From Utricularia gibba (Eukaryota > Plantae > Magnoliophyta): a stretch of DNA of 64,000 bases. Shown here piece after piece: positions 10,328 through 23,596 of the stretch. The stretch is from NCBI GenBank assembly GCA_002189035.1, contig CM007990.1:5456001-5520000 (forward strand), given 5' to 3'. The notes beneath the pieces were generated by a model that saw nothing but the letters and a program-made list of their open reading frames with translations, had not been told where the DNA came from and made no database searches. Position 1 is the stretch's first letter. Every line of letters begins with the position of its first letter. The translations under genes were made by a program, and so were the position numbers.

Positions 10328-12941
10328 ATGGCTGCCGGAAGCCACGGGGGCGGTCGTTCCTTGGAAATCACTCCCACGTGGGCTCTCGCTGCGGTCTTGT
10401 TCGTTTTCATTTCGATTGGGCTTTTCATCGAACACTTGATCCACCTCGCGTCGCATGTAAGATTTAATGGTTCGTCTTCTACTGTGGGTTTATGTGACGA
10501 TTCCACGGAGTAAACTTTGTTTCTGGGGCGGTGTAGTGGTTGAAGAAGCACAAGAAAGCGTCACTCTGCGGAGCTCTGGAAAAGCTGGAGTCCTGTACGT
10601 TGAGTGCTGCTGCTGTTACCTTGGTTTCTTCATTTCTTTTCTTTTCTGGGTTTGGTTAATTTTGGCGCTGGTGCAGTGCTGATGCAGCTCGGATTCATGT
10701 CCTTGATTCTAACTGTCACACAACCCGAAGTTTCAAAGATCTGTATACCATATAAAGCTGCAAACTTCATGCTCCCCTGCCAACAGACTTCCACTGATCA
10801 TCTACCGGCTTCTGCTGCGCTTGATCACTGTTCGTTGAAGGTATGCAGGCTGCTCTGTTTTTGAGTGCTCTGTTTTCATCTGAAGTTGTACGAAGACAAT
10901 GCCTTCAATTCATTGACAGGGAATGGTTCCAGTGATCTCAGCAGACGGAGTCAATCAGCTAAACATTTTTATATTTGTGCTTGCCGCTATGCAGGTTGTG
11001 TATAGCTTAACCACACTGGCTTTGGCAAGAGCTAAGGTTCATTAATGGCCTTAATGATTACATTAGTAACTTCTAACAATACTTAACATAATCTGTAATT
11101 TCTGTGAAGATTAAGACATGGAAAGCCTGGGAAGAGGAGACGCAGACTGTGGAGTACATGGTGGCAAATGGTGAGTCACTTCTCTTGAATGGTTTTTTTT
11201 TTTTCCAGAAGGTTTCATCAATGACTTGGTGAAAGACTAATAATGGAATGACTAACGTACTATTTACTCATCACTCTTCTATGTGAAAACAAAAGATCCT
11301 GAAAGATTTCGAGTCACCAGAACGACGACATTCTCGCAACGCCATGCTGCGACCTGTGCCTCGACTCCGGCTCTACTTTGGGCGGTATGAGCATCTTGTT
11401 GGTGGGGTAACGTCATTCAGTTATTGCTTACATAATTTCATTCTACGTGCAGAAGTGCTTTTTCCGGCAGTTTTTCCGATCCGTGGCCAAAGTCGACTAC
11501 CTCACGCTCCGCCACGGCTTCATTTCGGTTCGTTGGTTCGTGTACGGACTTGTTATTCCGCGACCAGACTAACGAAATCTTTGTACGGTGCAGGCTCACT
11601 TACAAGGCAACAACACGTACAATTTTCAGAGGTACATAACCCGGTCCTTGGAAGACGATTTCAAATCCCTGATCGGGATAAGGTAATCTTTTTTATACAG
11701 AGAATCCATGATACATTTGCAGATGCTGAATGGGCCTTTTCTCCGTTGTGGGCAGGCCGGTAATGTGGCTGATGGTAGTTATATTCATGCTGGTTGATGT
11801 TCACGGTAAACAAATAGTAACAAGTATTGCTGAGACTCAAATTATTGACCTCATTGGGAGAATTAATTTGATTTTTCTTTGTTGTTTGCATGATGATAGG
11901 ATGGAATGTGTACCTCTGGGTGTCATTTGTACCCTTAATCGTAAGTCGATCTGCTGATCACTTCTTTGCAAGTATGCATATGCAAGTTGGGTTGTATTTG
12001 CGATTGATTATCAGGATTCATCCTTTTGAGAAGCGATCAAGAATCGATTTTGAGAATCAGGGCCTTTGATGCAGATCGCGTTGGTTGTTGGGACGAAGCT
12101 GGAAGCGATAATGGGGAGAATGGCAATGACACTGACGGATGAAAAGAGTGTGATCAAAGGAGCCATCGTGGTGCACCCCGACGACCACCTGTTCTGGTTC
12201 GATAGTCCCCGCCTGGTCTTGACACTGCTCCACTTCATTCTCATCATGGTACTCCTCTTCCCACTCGTGCACGCAGTGTCATCCTACTATCACGCAGCAC
12301 TCATCCCAACTCCGTTTCTGTCTTTCTACACGCAGAATTCGTTCGAGTTCTCGTTCTTTATCTGGGTCTCGGTAAGCAGCTCCCGCATTCCCAATTTTAA
12401 GGATCTGCCGTTCTCAAACATTCATTCTGATGGTTTGCAGTGGCAATTTGGGATAAATTCGTGCTACCAACAAAACGTTGGCACAATTGTTACAAGGCTG
12501 GTGCTGGTGTAAGTCGCATGGTTTATTCATCTACCAATCCATTTTGTATACATATGATTTGGTTTTAATACTCAACTCGATCCACCCAAAGTGTGGTGGT
12601 TCAAGTCCTTTGCAGTTACATAACACTGCCTCTGTACGCTCTCGTCACTCAGGTACATGCATGCACTACCCAAATTAGAACCAGGAGTGTTCGATTAGCT
12701 TGCTAATGTATCTTCGCAGATGGGGTCTGAGTATAAGATGTCATTACTGGAAGAGGACATCAAGGAGACGATAAAACACTGGCACCAGGGCGTGAAACAC
12801 AAGAGGAAAAGAGGATTAGGCGAAGAAGGAGAAGAAGAAGAGGGGTCTTCCCATTCATGGAGAGGCGCATTGCCTGCAAGATCTCCTCCCTTTACAGCCA
12901 CCACAAACGTGGCATCTTCTTCCCATCCAGGGGAACCCTAA
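10328..12941 (+). CDS. MLO: MLO protein, MLO3/clade VI-like, 15 exons
   Basis: [23 protein letters not shown]; [12 protein letters not shown]; [22 protein letters not shown]; [10 protein letters not shown]; [11 protein letters not shown]; last exon [26 protein letters not shown] resembles AtMLO3 as I recall it. GT-AG junctions traced in frame. Confidence 0.9.
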
Positions 12942-13767
12942 TCCACACACTCAACACCGAAGGTGTCTTCACGACAAACAAGTCATTAGGTTCCTTACTG
13001 TAAGATATAATCTTTTTCCGAGTAGCTATAAAACCCACAAACCACAGCTTAAAATCCAACAAATCGATCTACTTTTTTTATGGGTTTTTTTAGTAGAAGG
13101 TTTCGCAGAACCAAGCGGTAAAAGGGTGCCATTTGGCGTATTGAATCTGGTGTAGGGAGATAGGGACACGAGCGGGATGAGTAGTTCATGGGGGAAGGGA
13201 AAGCGAGGTCTCAGCAGAAGAATAATCAAATCAGCGAGCACGGGGGACAGCTCTGCAAATAATATAAAAAACGGGGGGGCCGAGGCCCCGAATCACAGCG
13301 ACACTTCAGTAGCGGGGCCCACATTAAAAATGAACATGTCGGCCCCCATTGGTGGATGCAAATATCATCCATTAAATTCAGCCACCCTAAACGCAATATT
13401 TTACTCATTATTTTAAAAATAAATAAATAAAATAATCGGATTATTAAATTCATTATAATGTCTAATGAGATTTGTGTCGCCTGTGGGCCGATCCATATAA
13501 CCACTAAAAAAGCGACGTATCGTTTCATGTATAAAGGTGATACGTGTGTCTGAGATTCCAATATTGCCCTTTGCCCACCCAGGTTGTCCACGAGGCTGCT
13601 GGGGTATATCCGACTTTGATTTACCAAGATCGAATCCGGGAGCATGAAGGGTAAGAAATGGACAAGTGTGATGGGTTATGACATATCATGTCGTGGATCA
13701 ACACACTGCCATTGCACATGCAAGAAGACGACCCCAACCCCATCTTCTTTCCCTTTCCCCAGTCGAC

Positions 13768-14180
13768 GAGAATATTTAGGGTTTAGGGTTTGGTCGACAA
13801 ATACTTGAGATAAGTTTGATAGTTTGTTTAATATGAGAATATTTAGGGTTTAGGGTTTTGTTGATGAATATTTAGGGGGATTTGATAGTTTGTTTCAAAT
13901 TTTAATTATAGAGTTTAAGATAAAACATGATTTATAAATTGGAAATATATTTTAGTAAACGAATTTAAATGTATTCGATAAACACATGTAGGATATTTAG
14001 CATAAAAAATATCATTTTAATGAACACGTGTAGAATATTTAAATTTATCTAAAATGGTTTAATTTAAATGTTATTACAAGACACTCATACTAAATAAAAT
14101 ACTTTCTGAAAACCAACACGAAGCCATCCCTCTTAAAGAGTTTAGGTTTTAGGGTTTTGTTGATGAATATTTAGGGTTTA
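13768..14180. repeat. Dispersed repeat units containing telomeric TTTAGGG repeats
   Basis: GAGAATATTTAGGGTTTAGGGTTT at ~13768 and ~13835; a related unit TTTAGGGTTTTGTTGATGAATATTTAGGG at ~13850 and ~14150; TTTGATAGTTTGTTT twice. Confidence 0.75.
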
Positions 14181-15826
14181 GATAACTAATTTATCTCTAA
14201 TTCCCCCTTTTACCACTCGGTGAAATTAGCACCAAATAAAGGTTTTTAAAATGGGAAGAAACAGCATTTATTTATTTTAGAATGTGTTTAACGGATATTA
14301 AAAGCCTACACCGACAATGTTATCTCCCATTATAAATAAATTAATCGATTTTAATTTTATTTTCAAAAACAATGTGCCTATTGTCCAACTTTGAGAAGCA
14401 ACTCCCATCTACGATCTCATTTCATGATGATTGTTTCAATACAGAATAATTTTTTTTAATTGTTATTTTTCAAAGGGAAAATCCTGAGGCGATGAAAAGG
14501 ATCATTTATGTGACAATGAATTCGGAGAATCAAAGGAAAGACAAGGAGGTTAAGGAGCACGTCTCCTGATTAAGAATATTAATTAGCTAGTGGGGCAGCT
14601 AAGCATGGAGATAATGAAAGCTGCATTGAATGAAGAGGGAATCTTTTTTCCCGATCCCATTGAATTTTGTTAACCCCACTACCAAGTTGTTATGCTTCTT
14701 TTGGCACCAACAAATGCAACAACTGTTGTTTATTTGTCGTTGTCGCGTCCATTGCACATGAGGTATGAAGAATGGTTTGGCTGAATGAATGAAAGATCTA
14801 CATGGGATTCGATTTCTTTCTTGGAGTGGGGTTCCATTCATTGTTAATTTGAAAGAACTTAAAAGCGGAGTACCATGAAAGTGGGTTTGAAAATCTTGTC
14901 CTGAAAAGTGCTCGACTTTGGGATCAAACTGCAAGGGAAATGTTGTCGTGTTTGTTGGAGTTTGGGAGCATGGAGTTGAGGATAACAAGTTGTGAGAATA
15001 AAAACTAAAAAGTGTTGGATCTCTCTCTTTTTTTTTTTGATTCGATGGATAATCAATCATCCAGTTTGTTGGCATTCGAGAAAGAGGTCTGGTTTCGGTA
15101 GTGGTGGTTGAGACTTGAGAGGGGTTGCTTCTACTTGAACTAAAAGAATGGTGGGAAATGGAGATGGGAAGGCGAAAAGGTTGTTTAATTTCCCAAATTT
15201 GTTATTGCTTTGAAGAAGTGTAACCTCAGATATCATCACTAAGCCGAAGTGCAAAGCAAGCGGGGTGTGCGGGCGGGCCACTGCATTCATTTGTCCTCCA
15301 CCGCCACTAAAGGCACTACTCTCGCCCCTCTCTCTCTTTAATCTGGAAGCGTAGACACATAAAAAACAGAGGTGAGTCCAAAAGGGGTTTCCTTTGCCTT
15401 TTGCTCACCAAGCAATTGTCTATATCTTCTGCTGTTGCTGCTGCTTCCTTTTAAACAACTGCCTATGGGCGAGAAATCATACTTTGAATTTCTGGTTATT
15501 ATTTGACACCCTCATTTCTGACTTATACTCCACCTCTTGTTGGCAATCTTTCCCCAGAAATGGCATGTTTTCTTGCTGTTTCATCATTTGAAAACTGAAA
15601 ATCCTATTCCTTCGAGGTGCTTGCTTTAAAGTCGGCATCTTTATCTGTACCCAGTTCATAATTTGGGATCTTTTTCAGTGATAACTCGATTGTTTCAGAC
15701 CCATTTTCCATCTCTTTTTTGACCCGTTACCTGGTGGTTTTGGTCACTATTTCTATTTGGGTTGTTGTGATGCTACACTAAAGTGACTGAATTGTTGGGA
15801 AAATCTCAGAAGAAGGATAGGGCCTC

Positions 15827-18800
15827 ATGGAAATTGATCTGAATCATGCTGTGAATGACGCGGACAAGAAGAAATGTATCTCTGGAAACTGTGTTTGTGG
15901 GTGCTGTTCATCAACTTCCACTACATCTTGCTCTTCAAATGCATCTTCTTCCTGTTCAGTTTCCGCTCCTCTGATTTGTAAGGAGCTGTGGCATGCTTGT
16001 GCCGGGCCTCTCACCAGTTTGCCAAAGAAAGGAAATGTTGTGGTTTATTTGCCTCAAGGCCATTTGGAACATATCTTCTCAGCTTCATCACTTCCTCCCA
16101 TGGAGATAAACACCTTTGGGGTTCCTCCTCACGTCTTTTGCAGAATTGTTGATGTTCAGCTACTTGTAAGTACCTACTCTTTCGTTTGTAGATGCAAAGC
16201 ACTGACAGATAGAAGGAATAGCTTGAGCAGTTTTTGAAAAAACATAGATATGAAAACAGACCTGTAGACTACACTGCACCAGCTCATTCGATGGGAATGA
16301 TGAATTTTCCGCTTTTTGCTCCTTTAGCGTTACCATGTTTGAGTATGTCCATGTTCTGAAACAGGCCAACAAAGAAAATGACGAGGTTTTCACTAAGCTA
16401 ACCTTGCTTCCTCAGCAGGAGGTAATTATTTGTTAGTGGGGTGGCTATCTGTGATGCTCTATCTATCATTGAGATCATCCACATTGAAGTATAACTCTGC
16501 TATGAAGGTGATAACAATCGATTGTGGAAGTGATGGCGGTGATGAGGAAGGGAATCCTGTTTTGCCATCAAAGTCAACTTCTCACATGTTCTGCAAGACG
16601 CTGACTGCATCGGACACCAGCACTCATGGTGGATTCTCTGTTCCTCGTAGAGCTGCTGAAGATTGCTTCCCACCTCTGGTGTTTATTCTGCTCGAGTGGC
16701 AATTAATGATTATCATGTTATTACTCTTTCTTAAAAGTTGCTTTTTTGTATAGGATTATAATGAACCGAGACCTTCTCAAGAACTCATTGCTAAAGATCT
16801 GCACGGTGTGGAGTGGAAGTTCAGGCACATTTACAGAGGTACAAGATTGATCACTTCTTTGCTTCTCATATGGAAAATCTGACTTCCAAATCATACGTTA
16901 CAGGCCAACCTCGACGACACTTGCTCACTACGGGGTGGAGTGTTTTTGTGGGTCAAAAGAATATCATGTCAGGCGATGCTGTTCTCTTTCTGAGGTTCAT
17001 CTCATCTGATATTCTCACAATCTGCGCTGAACCCACATAATGTGTAAAAATATTTGAACTTGGCTCTATGTTATGTTCCACACTAGTCTAGATTGCTGAC
17101 TTTAGCTTACAACAGGGGAGCTTCAGCAGAGTGTTATACTAAATGGAAAAATACAATATGTGCTTAAGTGAAGTTCAATATCTTGTAATGTCTGAACTCC
17201 CAAGTGTTGCTGAATTTGCAGGGGAGAAGATGGAGAGCTACGTCTGGGAATTCGGAGGGCAGTTCGCCCAAGAAACAGCCTGCCTGATTCAATCACTAAA
17301 AGTCATAGCTCTTGTGCAAGCGTGCTTTCACCAGTTGCTGATGCACTTTCGAAAAAGAAAAGCTTTTCTGTCTTCTATAGTCCAAGGTAACATGATCTGG
17401 TACTCTTAGGTCTCCCAACAAAAATTTTAGCCGGCACCAGTACTTTTGCAACATAATAGTCAACTTGTGCTGCAGGGGAAACTATCCTGACTTTGTCATT
17501 CCTTATGAGAAATATTTGAAGTCTACAGCATCTCCAATACCTATTGGAACAGCATTCAAACTGAGATTCGACCTTGATGACTCTCCCATAGAAGGTTTTT
17601 TTTTTTTTCCTTCTGCATGTCCATAGCTATTCTCTTCCCTCTTGCCTGCTAAATGAAATGCATTGCTTCTCACACATCTTCAGTGGAGTGGTTACTGGCA
17701 TCAGTGATGTGGACCCCTATAGATGGCCTAACTCAAAATGGAATTGTCTTGTGGTATAGACATCTCCTGTAAATGGCTTATGTTTTCCTGATGCTGCTTC
17801 ACCTGGCATCAAATGACAATGCTTCTGGACTGCAGGTTCGTTGGGACGATGATCTCTCAGGCAACCCCCATGACCGTGTTTCGCCATGGGACATCAGTTT
17901 TTCTGCTAACTGCCCACCATTGGGCATTGAGTACTCTCCTAGCTCCAGACACAAGAAACTGAGATCGAACATGGGCTGCTCCATCTCAGGTGCACATCTT
18001 TGCTTCTTGGATTTCTCTAGTTTTTCTTTGTGCCATCTGTTCTCATTGTGCTGGGGTGTGTTTCTTCTGTTCCCTTGAACTAGGAGGGCATGGGATTCTG
18101 GACTTTAACGAGTCGATTCGACCCTCCGAGGTCTTGCAAGGTCAAGAAAATGGTGGTTTAGTACCACCTCCATATTCAAGCGACCCACGAAGATTTGAGC
18201 TGCAAAAGACAGTTATCAATCACATGGCGAACATGATGGAGCGGACAAGCTACAATGAGTTTTTGCCAAACCAGGCTCCTCCCACAACTTTCACAGGCTT
18301 TCTGGAATCCAACTGGTTTCCAGGGGTCTTGCAAGGTCAAGAAATTTGCTCATTGAGATCTGTAACTGGGAACAGGGATCTGAAACATGGCGGTTGGTCC
18401 AAGCCTGAACTTGGTTATGGTGCATACGGCTCGAACCACCGGCCGGAGATGAGCTTCTACCCTTTAGCTTCAGAAGGCGTGAGAAATGTTACCATTTCCA
18501 AAAAGGGTGTTTATGGGATGGAACACAGGCCTATAACTCCATCAACCATTTTCAATGCCCACCCCGTGAGCCACAGTTTGGCTGATCCCTCCCTGCGCAG
18601 CAGATGCATTTCTGAAATCAGTGGCGCTGTTCGTATTCCAGATGAAAACAAGGCAGTGAAGAAACCATCTTCTCCAGCAGCATCAGGTATGCCTAGCAGC
18701 AGAAGCGGCCATGACCGAGATAAGGAGAGCTCTTCAGGACGCAAGATATTTGGTTTCTCATTGCCTGATGATCTCGAAACTCGTGGTCTACATGGCTCTA

Positions 18801-19343
18801 GCAGGAGGAGATGCATAAAGGTGAGGCTCTATTCAACTTAATGCACATCTGCTGCTGTTGTTGAGGAACCACAGCTCATTGTCTTCTATGATAAGGTTCA
18901 CAAACAAGGCAGCCTGGTGGGGCGAGCCATTGACCTCTCAAAGCTCACCACTTACGATGGTCTGCTGATAGAACTGGAGGGGCTGTTCAGCATGAACGGC
19001 CTGCTGCGTGATCCAAGAGAGGGATGGTGCGTGTTGTACACAGACAATGATAATGACATGATGGTCGTTGGGGACGACCCCTGGCCGTAAGTCCCTCTCT
19101 GAAACAAATCCTTTTCATCAAGCAGTAGAAACTGATGACTGTTTCTCCAAACGCAGGGAGTTTGTTGAAGTAGCTACAATGCTCCATATATACACACAGG
19201 AGGAAGTGGAGAAACTTATGATCATTACAAACAGCGATGATACCAAAAGCTGCTTAGAAGAAGCACACCCACCCAAGGCATCCAAGCCACCACCTTCAGC
19301 CAGGGAAATGGATGGATCTTCTGCAGCACTTGTGAGTACATGA
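15827..19343 (+). CDS. ARF4: Auxin response factor 4 (B3 DBD, ARF domain, PB1)
   Basis: MEIDLNHAV...ELWHACAGP; [32 protein letters not shown]; [12 protein letters not shown]; C-terminal PB1 [15 protein letters not shown]...[16 protein letters not shown]; two tasiR-ARF sites. Confidence 0.93.
18128..18148 (+). promoter_or_regulatory. TAS3 tasiR-ARF target site 1
   Basis: GAGGTCTTGCAAGGTCAAGAA, complementary to tasiR-ARF with the usual G:U pair. Confidence 0.92.
18323..18343 (+). promoter_or_regulatory. TAS3 tasiR-ARF target site 2
   Basis: GGGGTCTTGCAAGGTCAAGAA. Confidence 0.92.
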
Positions 19344-19565
19344 GCAGCCAGAGGGAGCTGTTTGCCTTCCTCTTGAACACCATGTATGTTCCTCCTTGAA
19401 ACTTATGAGTAATGTTGACAGTTCGGATGGAAATTTTCATTTATTAGGTAAGTGCTCTTCATGGAGCTTCGCGCGTGCTACAAGCTACAACTCGATCAAG
19501 TGAACGACAATTATTCATCTTGTCCCTTTCTTCAGGAACAAGAGCGTCAAATCATGTATCTTCCT

Positions 19566-20319
19566 TTACTTTAGCTCCAAAGAGAATGATTCCAAGTTGT
19601 CGAATCCGCACCCCACGTCGTAGGGGAAGTTCATAAGGTAAAAATCGTCAAATGTGTTAACGCCGATCATCTGCGATGTGGTCTCCTTGTAAATCCGGGC
19701 CATGAGAGCATCATTCTCCCATTGCAAGTTAACAAGCTGGGCCTGTGCTTTCGCTAGCTGCATCTGGAGTTCCTTGACTTGCTTCTGCAGTTGGAATATC
19801 GCCCCCGCACTCCCGTACACCGGATCTCTGATCCTCGCGTTTGCCTCGTAGACGATACTGGACACCGCGTCGGCTCTTTCTGACTCGGGAAGTTCCTGAA
19901 ACATCCAAAGATCTCTCCACATTATCTAGAAAATCCAAACGCCTCGTGTGAATAACACTTTTTTAATCTTTGACATTACACACCATGAACGTTGACTTCT
20001 CAATCCCATTTTGTTCAGATTCAGCACACCATTTTACCCAATCAGAAAGACAAGATCGTTCCTTTTCGTGACAAAACAAAGTTGAATAGACAAAGAACAA
20101 ATAACTGACGACTACCTGCAGGAGTTTGATAATGTTGCTAGCCCCGAAGACACGGTGAGCAATGGTGAACTTCTGAGGGTCGGTGGGCGGGAAGTAAGGC
20201 GCCAGAACGCATTTTTCAGCGCATCGGCGGCGGAGGATTCTGCAGGCGGCGCAAGGGTAAACGACGGTGGGAGTCCGGTCAGTCGACGAGGAGGAGATGG
20301 GTGAGCACGAGACGCTCAT
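19566..20319 (-). CDS. LOB-domain protein, LBD1/LBD11-like, 2 exons
   Basis: PCAACRILRRRCAEKCVLAPYFP C-block; FGASNIIKLLQ|ELPESERADAVSSIVYEANARIRDPVYGSAGAI GAS block; leucine zipper. Confidence 0.93.
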
Positions 20320-21209
20320 TTCACTAACGAACTCTTTTCGAGCTGATCACATGACACCTCCTCCAGGGTATTTATTCTATCTTCACGCGCAGACTTTTCC
20401 AACAAAAAAAAAAAGCTGTTTCCAATTTTTAATATTTTTACTTAAAAAATACTTTTAAAAACAACATATAAAATTAAATTAAATGTATTTCTGATAAATA
20501 TATGAAAAATATAAGATAAAAATAAAAAATAAAATAAAGCATTAATTGATTTATGATTTATTTTGATGAAGAAGAACTAATTTTCCACCGTGAGGAGGAA
20601 TTAGTGTTCGACAATTGACTTTTTTTCTTCCCATTTTCACAATTTCACGATAAGACAACTTTTTCTGGTTAAGTCGCGGCCAAACCGAAGAGGAGAAATC
20701 CATCCCCTCCGGTTGTCTGCACACTGGAGGCACGATCATCAAAATCAAAGCAAAAGCCGACATTTTTATTATTCCCTTTTTAGACCCTCATGACATCATA
20801 CCATATGTCACGCTGACGTTTTTATTCTTTTTTTATAATATAATTCTATTTCGAATACTTGAATTCATGTATAAAGGACGCGTAGTGATAATTTCAATTT
20901 ATTATTTATTAAATTGAAAATTTACAATATATCAAAATCTAATAAATGTTCATATAATTACATATCAATCTCACTCAATTCATTGGACATATCAACAGCA
21001 TCATTATCAACAAATAACCTATTTTTTTGTCACTAGTTTACCATATGATAAATTCAAAATGAATTGATTTACATGATCGTATAATTAGATATTCGAATGA
21101 CAAGATACTTATACTTGTGAGAACTCAATAGAAATAAAAGACAATGTAGCCTTGTGTTGGAATAAGTATTTTAAAATCAGGTTGAATTTTGATTGAATCG
21201 GGTTAAATG

Positions 21210-21486
21210 TATTATAAATATATTATGAAAATAAAATAATTATTTAATTTTTTTAATATTATTAAAATCGAATCCAAAAAATCATTAATTTAGATCAAAC
21301 AACATGGAATCTCAAATTCAGTTCTAATATTTATCTAATAAAATCAAAACAATTTTATTAATTTCAATGTAGAATTGAATTATATCGCTCAATCCCCATA
21401 GCATAATATATTATAATGGAAATAATCAATATTTTTATATATATTATAATATTAAACAACGTACTCTAAATATTTTTTTCTTATAG

Positions 21487-21518
<32 letters not shown>

Positions 21519-22689
21519 TTTTATAAAATTTGTTTAATAGAAATGTATTTGTATGTTTTAAGTATAATATAATTATATATATATATTCAATTATATGTAG
21601 CGTTTGAATTTTAATATATGAAAATAAAAATTTAAATATATGATTGATATAAATATAATTAACTCTATTCTTCATTTATATACATATCACTTAGGGGTAG
21701 TTTGATATGAAAGTATTAGTATATTAAAGTATAGTATAATTAAGTGTGTATATATATTCACTTGTAAATTACGTTTGATATGAAAAATAAAAGTTTGAGT
21801 ATATAACTAAACCCCTCCTCCATTTTTATATATCATCCATATATTCAAAAAATGAGTATATCAATAATATAACTATATAAAATTAGTATATGTATATTAA
21901 TCAATCAAAAAATGATATATATATATATATAAACTTAGATATAAATCTTCTATACTCTCTTATCAAACAATACTTATATATTCAAAAAATAAGTATATAA
22001 ATAATATAATCATATAAAATTAATATACACATATTGGCTTATTAAATAATAATTTATATGTAAATTTTGATATAAATTTTTTATATTATAATATCAAACA
22101 TATTATAATAATATTCGAACTAGAAGAACCACCTTATATCACCATGTATTCACTTGTCTAGCTTCATTTTCATCAACTTATCCACGATGGCATCGTTCCT
22201 CTGAGTTGTGCGCGTGGCCGCAACTTCCTCGCACTCCTTGTCATGCAAACGTACCCTGGAAGTCCTCACCGGCTCCTTGCTCGACTCCACATCGACTTGC
22301 TGACGAGCATCACTCGGCTCCGCATTGACCTGCTGATGAGCGTTGCTCGACTCCGCATCATCCTGTTGACGAGCATTGCAGATGAATTTTAGAAGGCTGT
22401 AGAACTTTTCTAGTTCGTCTTGAGCGACACGCTCCTTCTCCATGAAATCTCTCATTGCACAGGATGGATAATAATATGCAATTATTCTTCAATGTGCTCG
22501 ATATTTATAGTTGAAATCATCTTTGTGACATGATGTATTCACTCAATGCTATGTTGATATATTAATATAATATTATTGATTTTTTCCATCAATATTAATG
22601 TAATATAATTTCAATCAATTATAATAATATGATTTCATTATTCGTAAAATATGATTTTAAATTATAAGTATGATCAAATTGTGACAAAA
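21210..22689. repeat. Copy 1 of a ~1.45-kb AT-rich direct duplication
   Basis: Aligns by eye along its length with 23277-24714 (shared start TATTATAAATATATTATGAAAATA, shared end ATCAAATTGTGACAAAA); contains (TA)n tracts. Confidence 0.9.
22150..22455 (-). CDS. Orphan small ORF (97-101 aa) with three 11-aa repeats; function unknown
   Basis: MRDFMEKERVAQDELEKF...ARQQDDAESSN AHQQVNAEPSD ARQQVDVESSK...KLMKMKLDK; a GC-rich island in very AT-rich DNA; homologous ORF in copy 2. Confidence 0.45.
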   Translation of the reverse strand: MRDFMEKERVAQDELEKFYSLLKFICNARQQDDAESSNAHQQVNAEPSDARQQVDVESSKEPVRTSRVRLHDKECEEVAATRTTQRNDAIVDKLMKMKLDK

Positions 22690-23276
22690 GGACTATGAGC
22701 GAAGGATTTTTGCTTCTGAGGAAACTGAGTGTGGATTATTGAATCGGAGTCTGAAATCAAGTACCTATATGGATAAAAGAAATAAAATAAGACCATGATT
22801 TTTATGTGAAAACCATCGTAACAAAAAAACCACAGAGTTGAGGTAGCTTATCGAAGAAATGAGTTTCATTAAAGAAAAGGGAGAAGAGTTACAAGTGATC
22901 TGTAAAAAGTTTAATCCCTTTTTCTTTGAACATCTCCATTTAGAGGAGAAGTCATCTCGATCGAATACTACTAATGTCAAATGCTTTCTACGCTTGACGT
23001 CTATATATGTGATCCTGGTTACAAATAATAGTCGACTGCACTGAGGACTTTGCAATTAAGTTACTTTTCATGTTCTTTTGGAACAATCATCACCATTCTA
23101 CTCTAATCCTTGACATTCCACCCATGTGTTACACACTGTCATAAACCATTTTCCTCTTCCCCAATTGATATCATCTAAAAAGTGTTGATTTTGGTATCCC
23201 ATCGCTTACCTATTTGTAAGTATCTCCTATGATCAATTCTACTTGACACTTACTGATTTAACGTCCCCATCAAATT

Positions 23277-23558
23277 TATTATAAATATATTATGAAAATA
23301 AAAATAATTATATAATTTTTTAAATATTACTAAAATCACATCCAAAAAATCATGAATTTAGGTCAAACAACATGAAATCTAAAATTCAATTCTATCTTTA
23401 TCCAATAAAACGAAAACAGTTGTATTAATTTGAATATGAAATTGAATTATATTGCTCAATCCGCATAACATAGCATATTATAGAGGAAATAATCAACATT
23501 TTTATCTATATTGTAAGATTAAAAAAATGTTATCTAAATATTTCCTTGTTATGGTATA

Positions 23559-23596
<38 letters not shown>

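Noticed and set aside
14599-15290. Minus-strand ORFs or a possible miRNA upstream of ARF4
   Set aside because: No recognisable domain, no known mature miRNA sequence and no convincing hairpin.
22690-23276. Spacer ORFs as a transposase remnant
   Set aside because: No recognisable motif.
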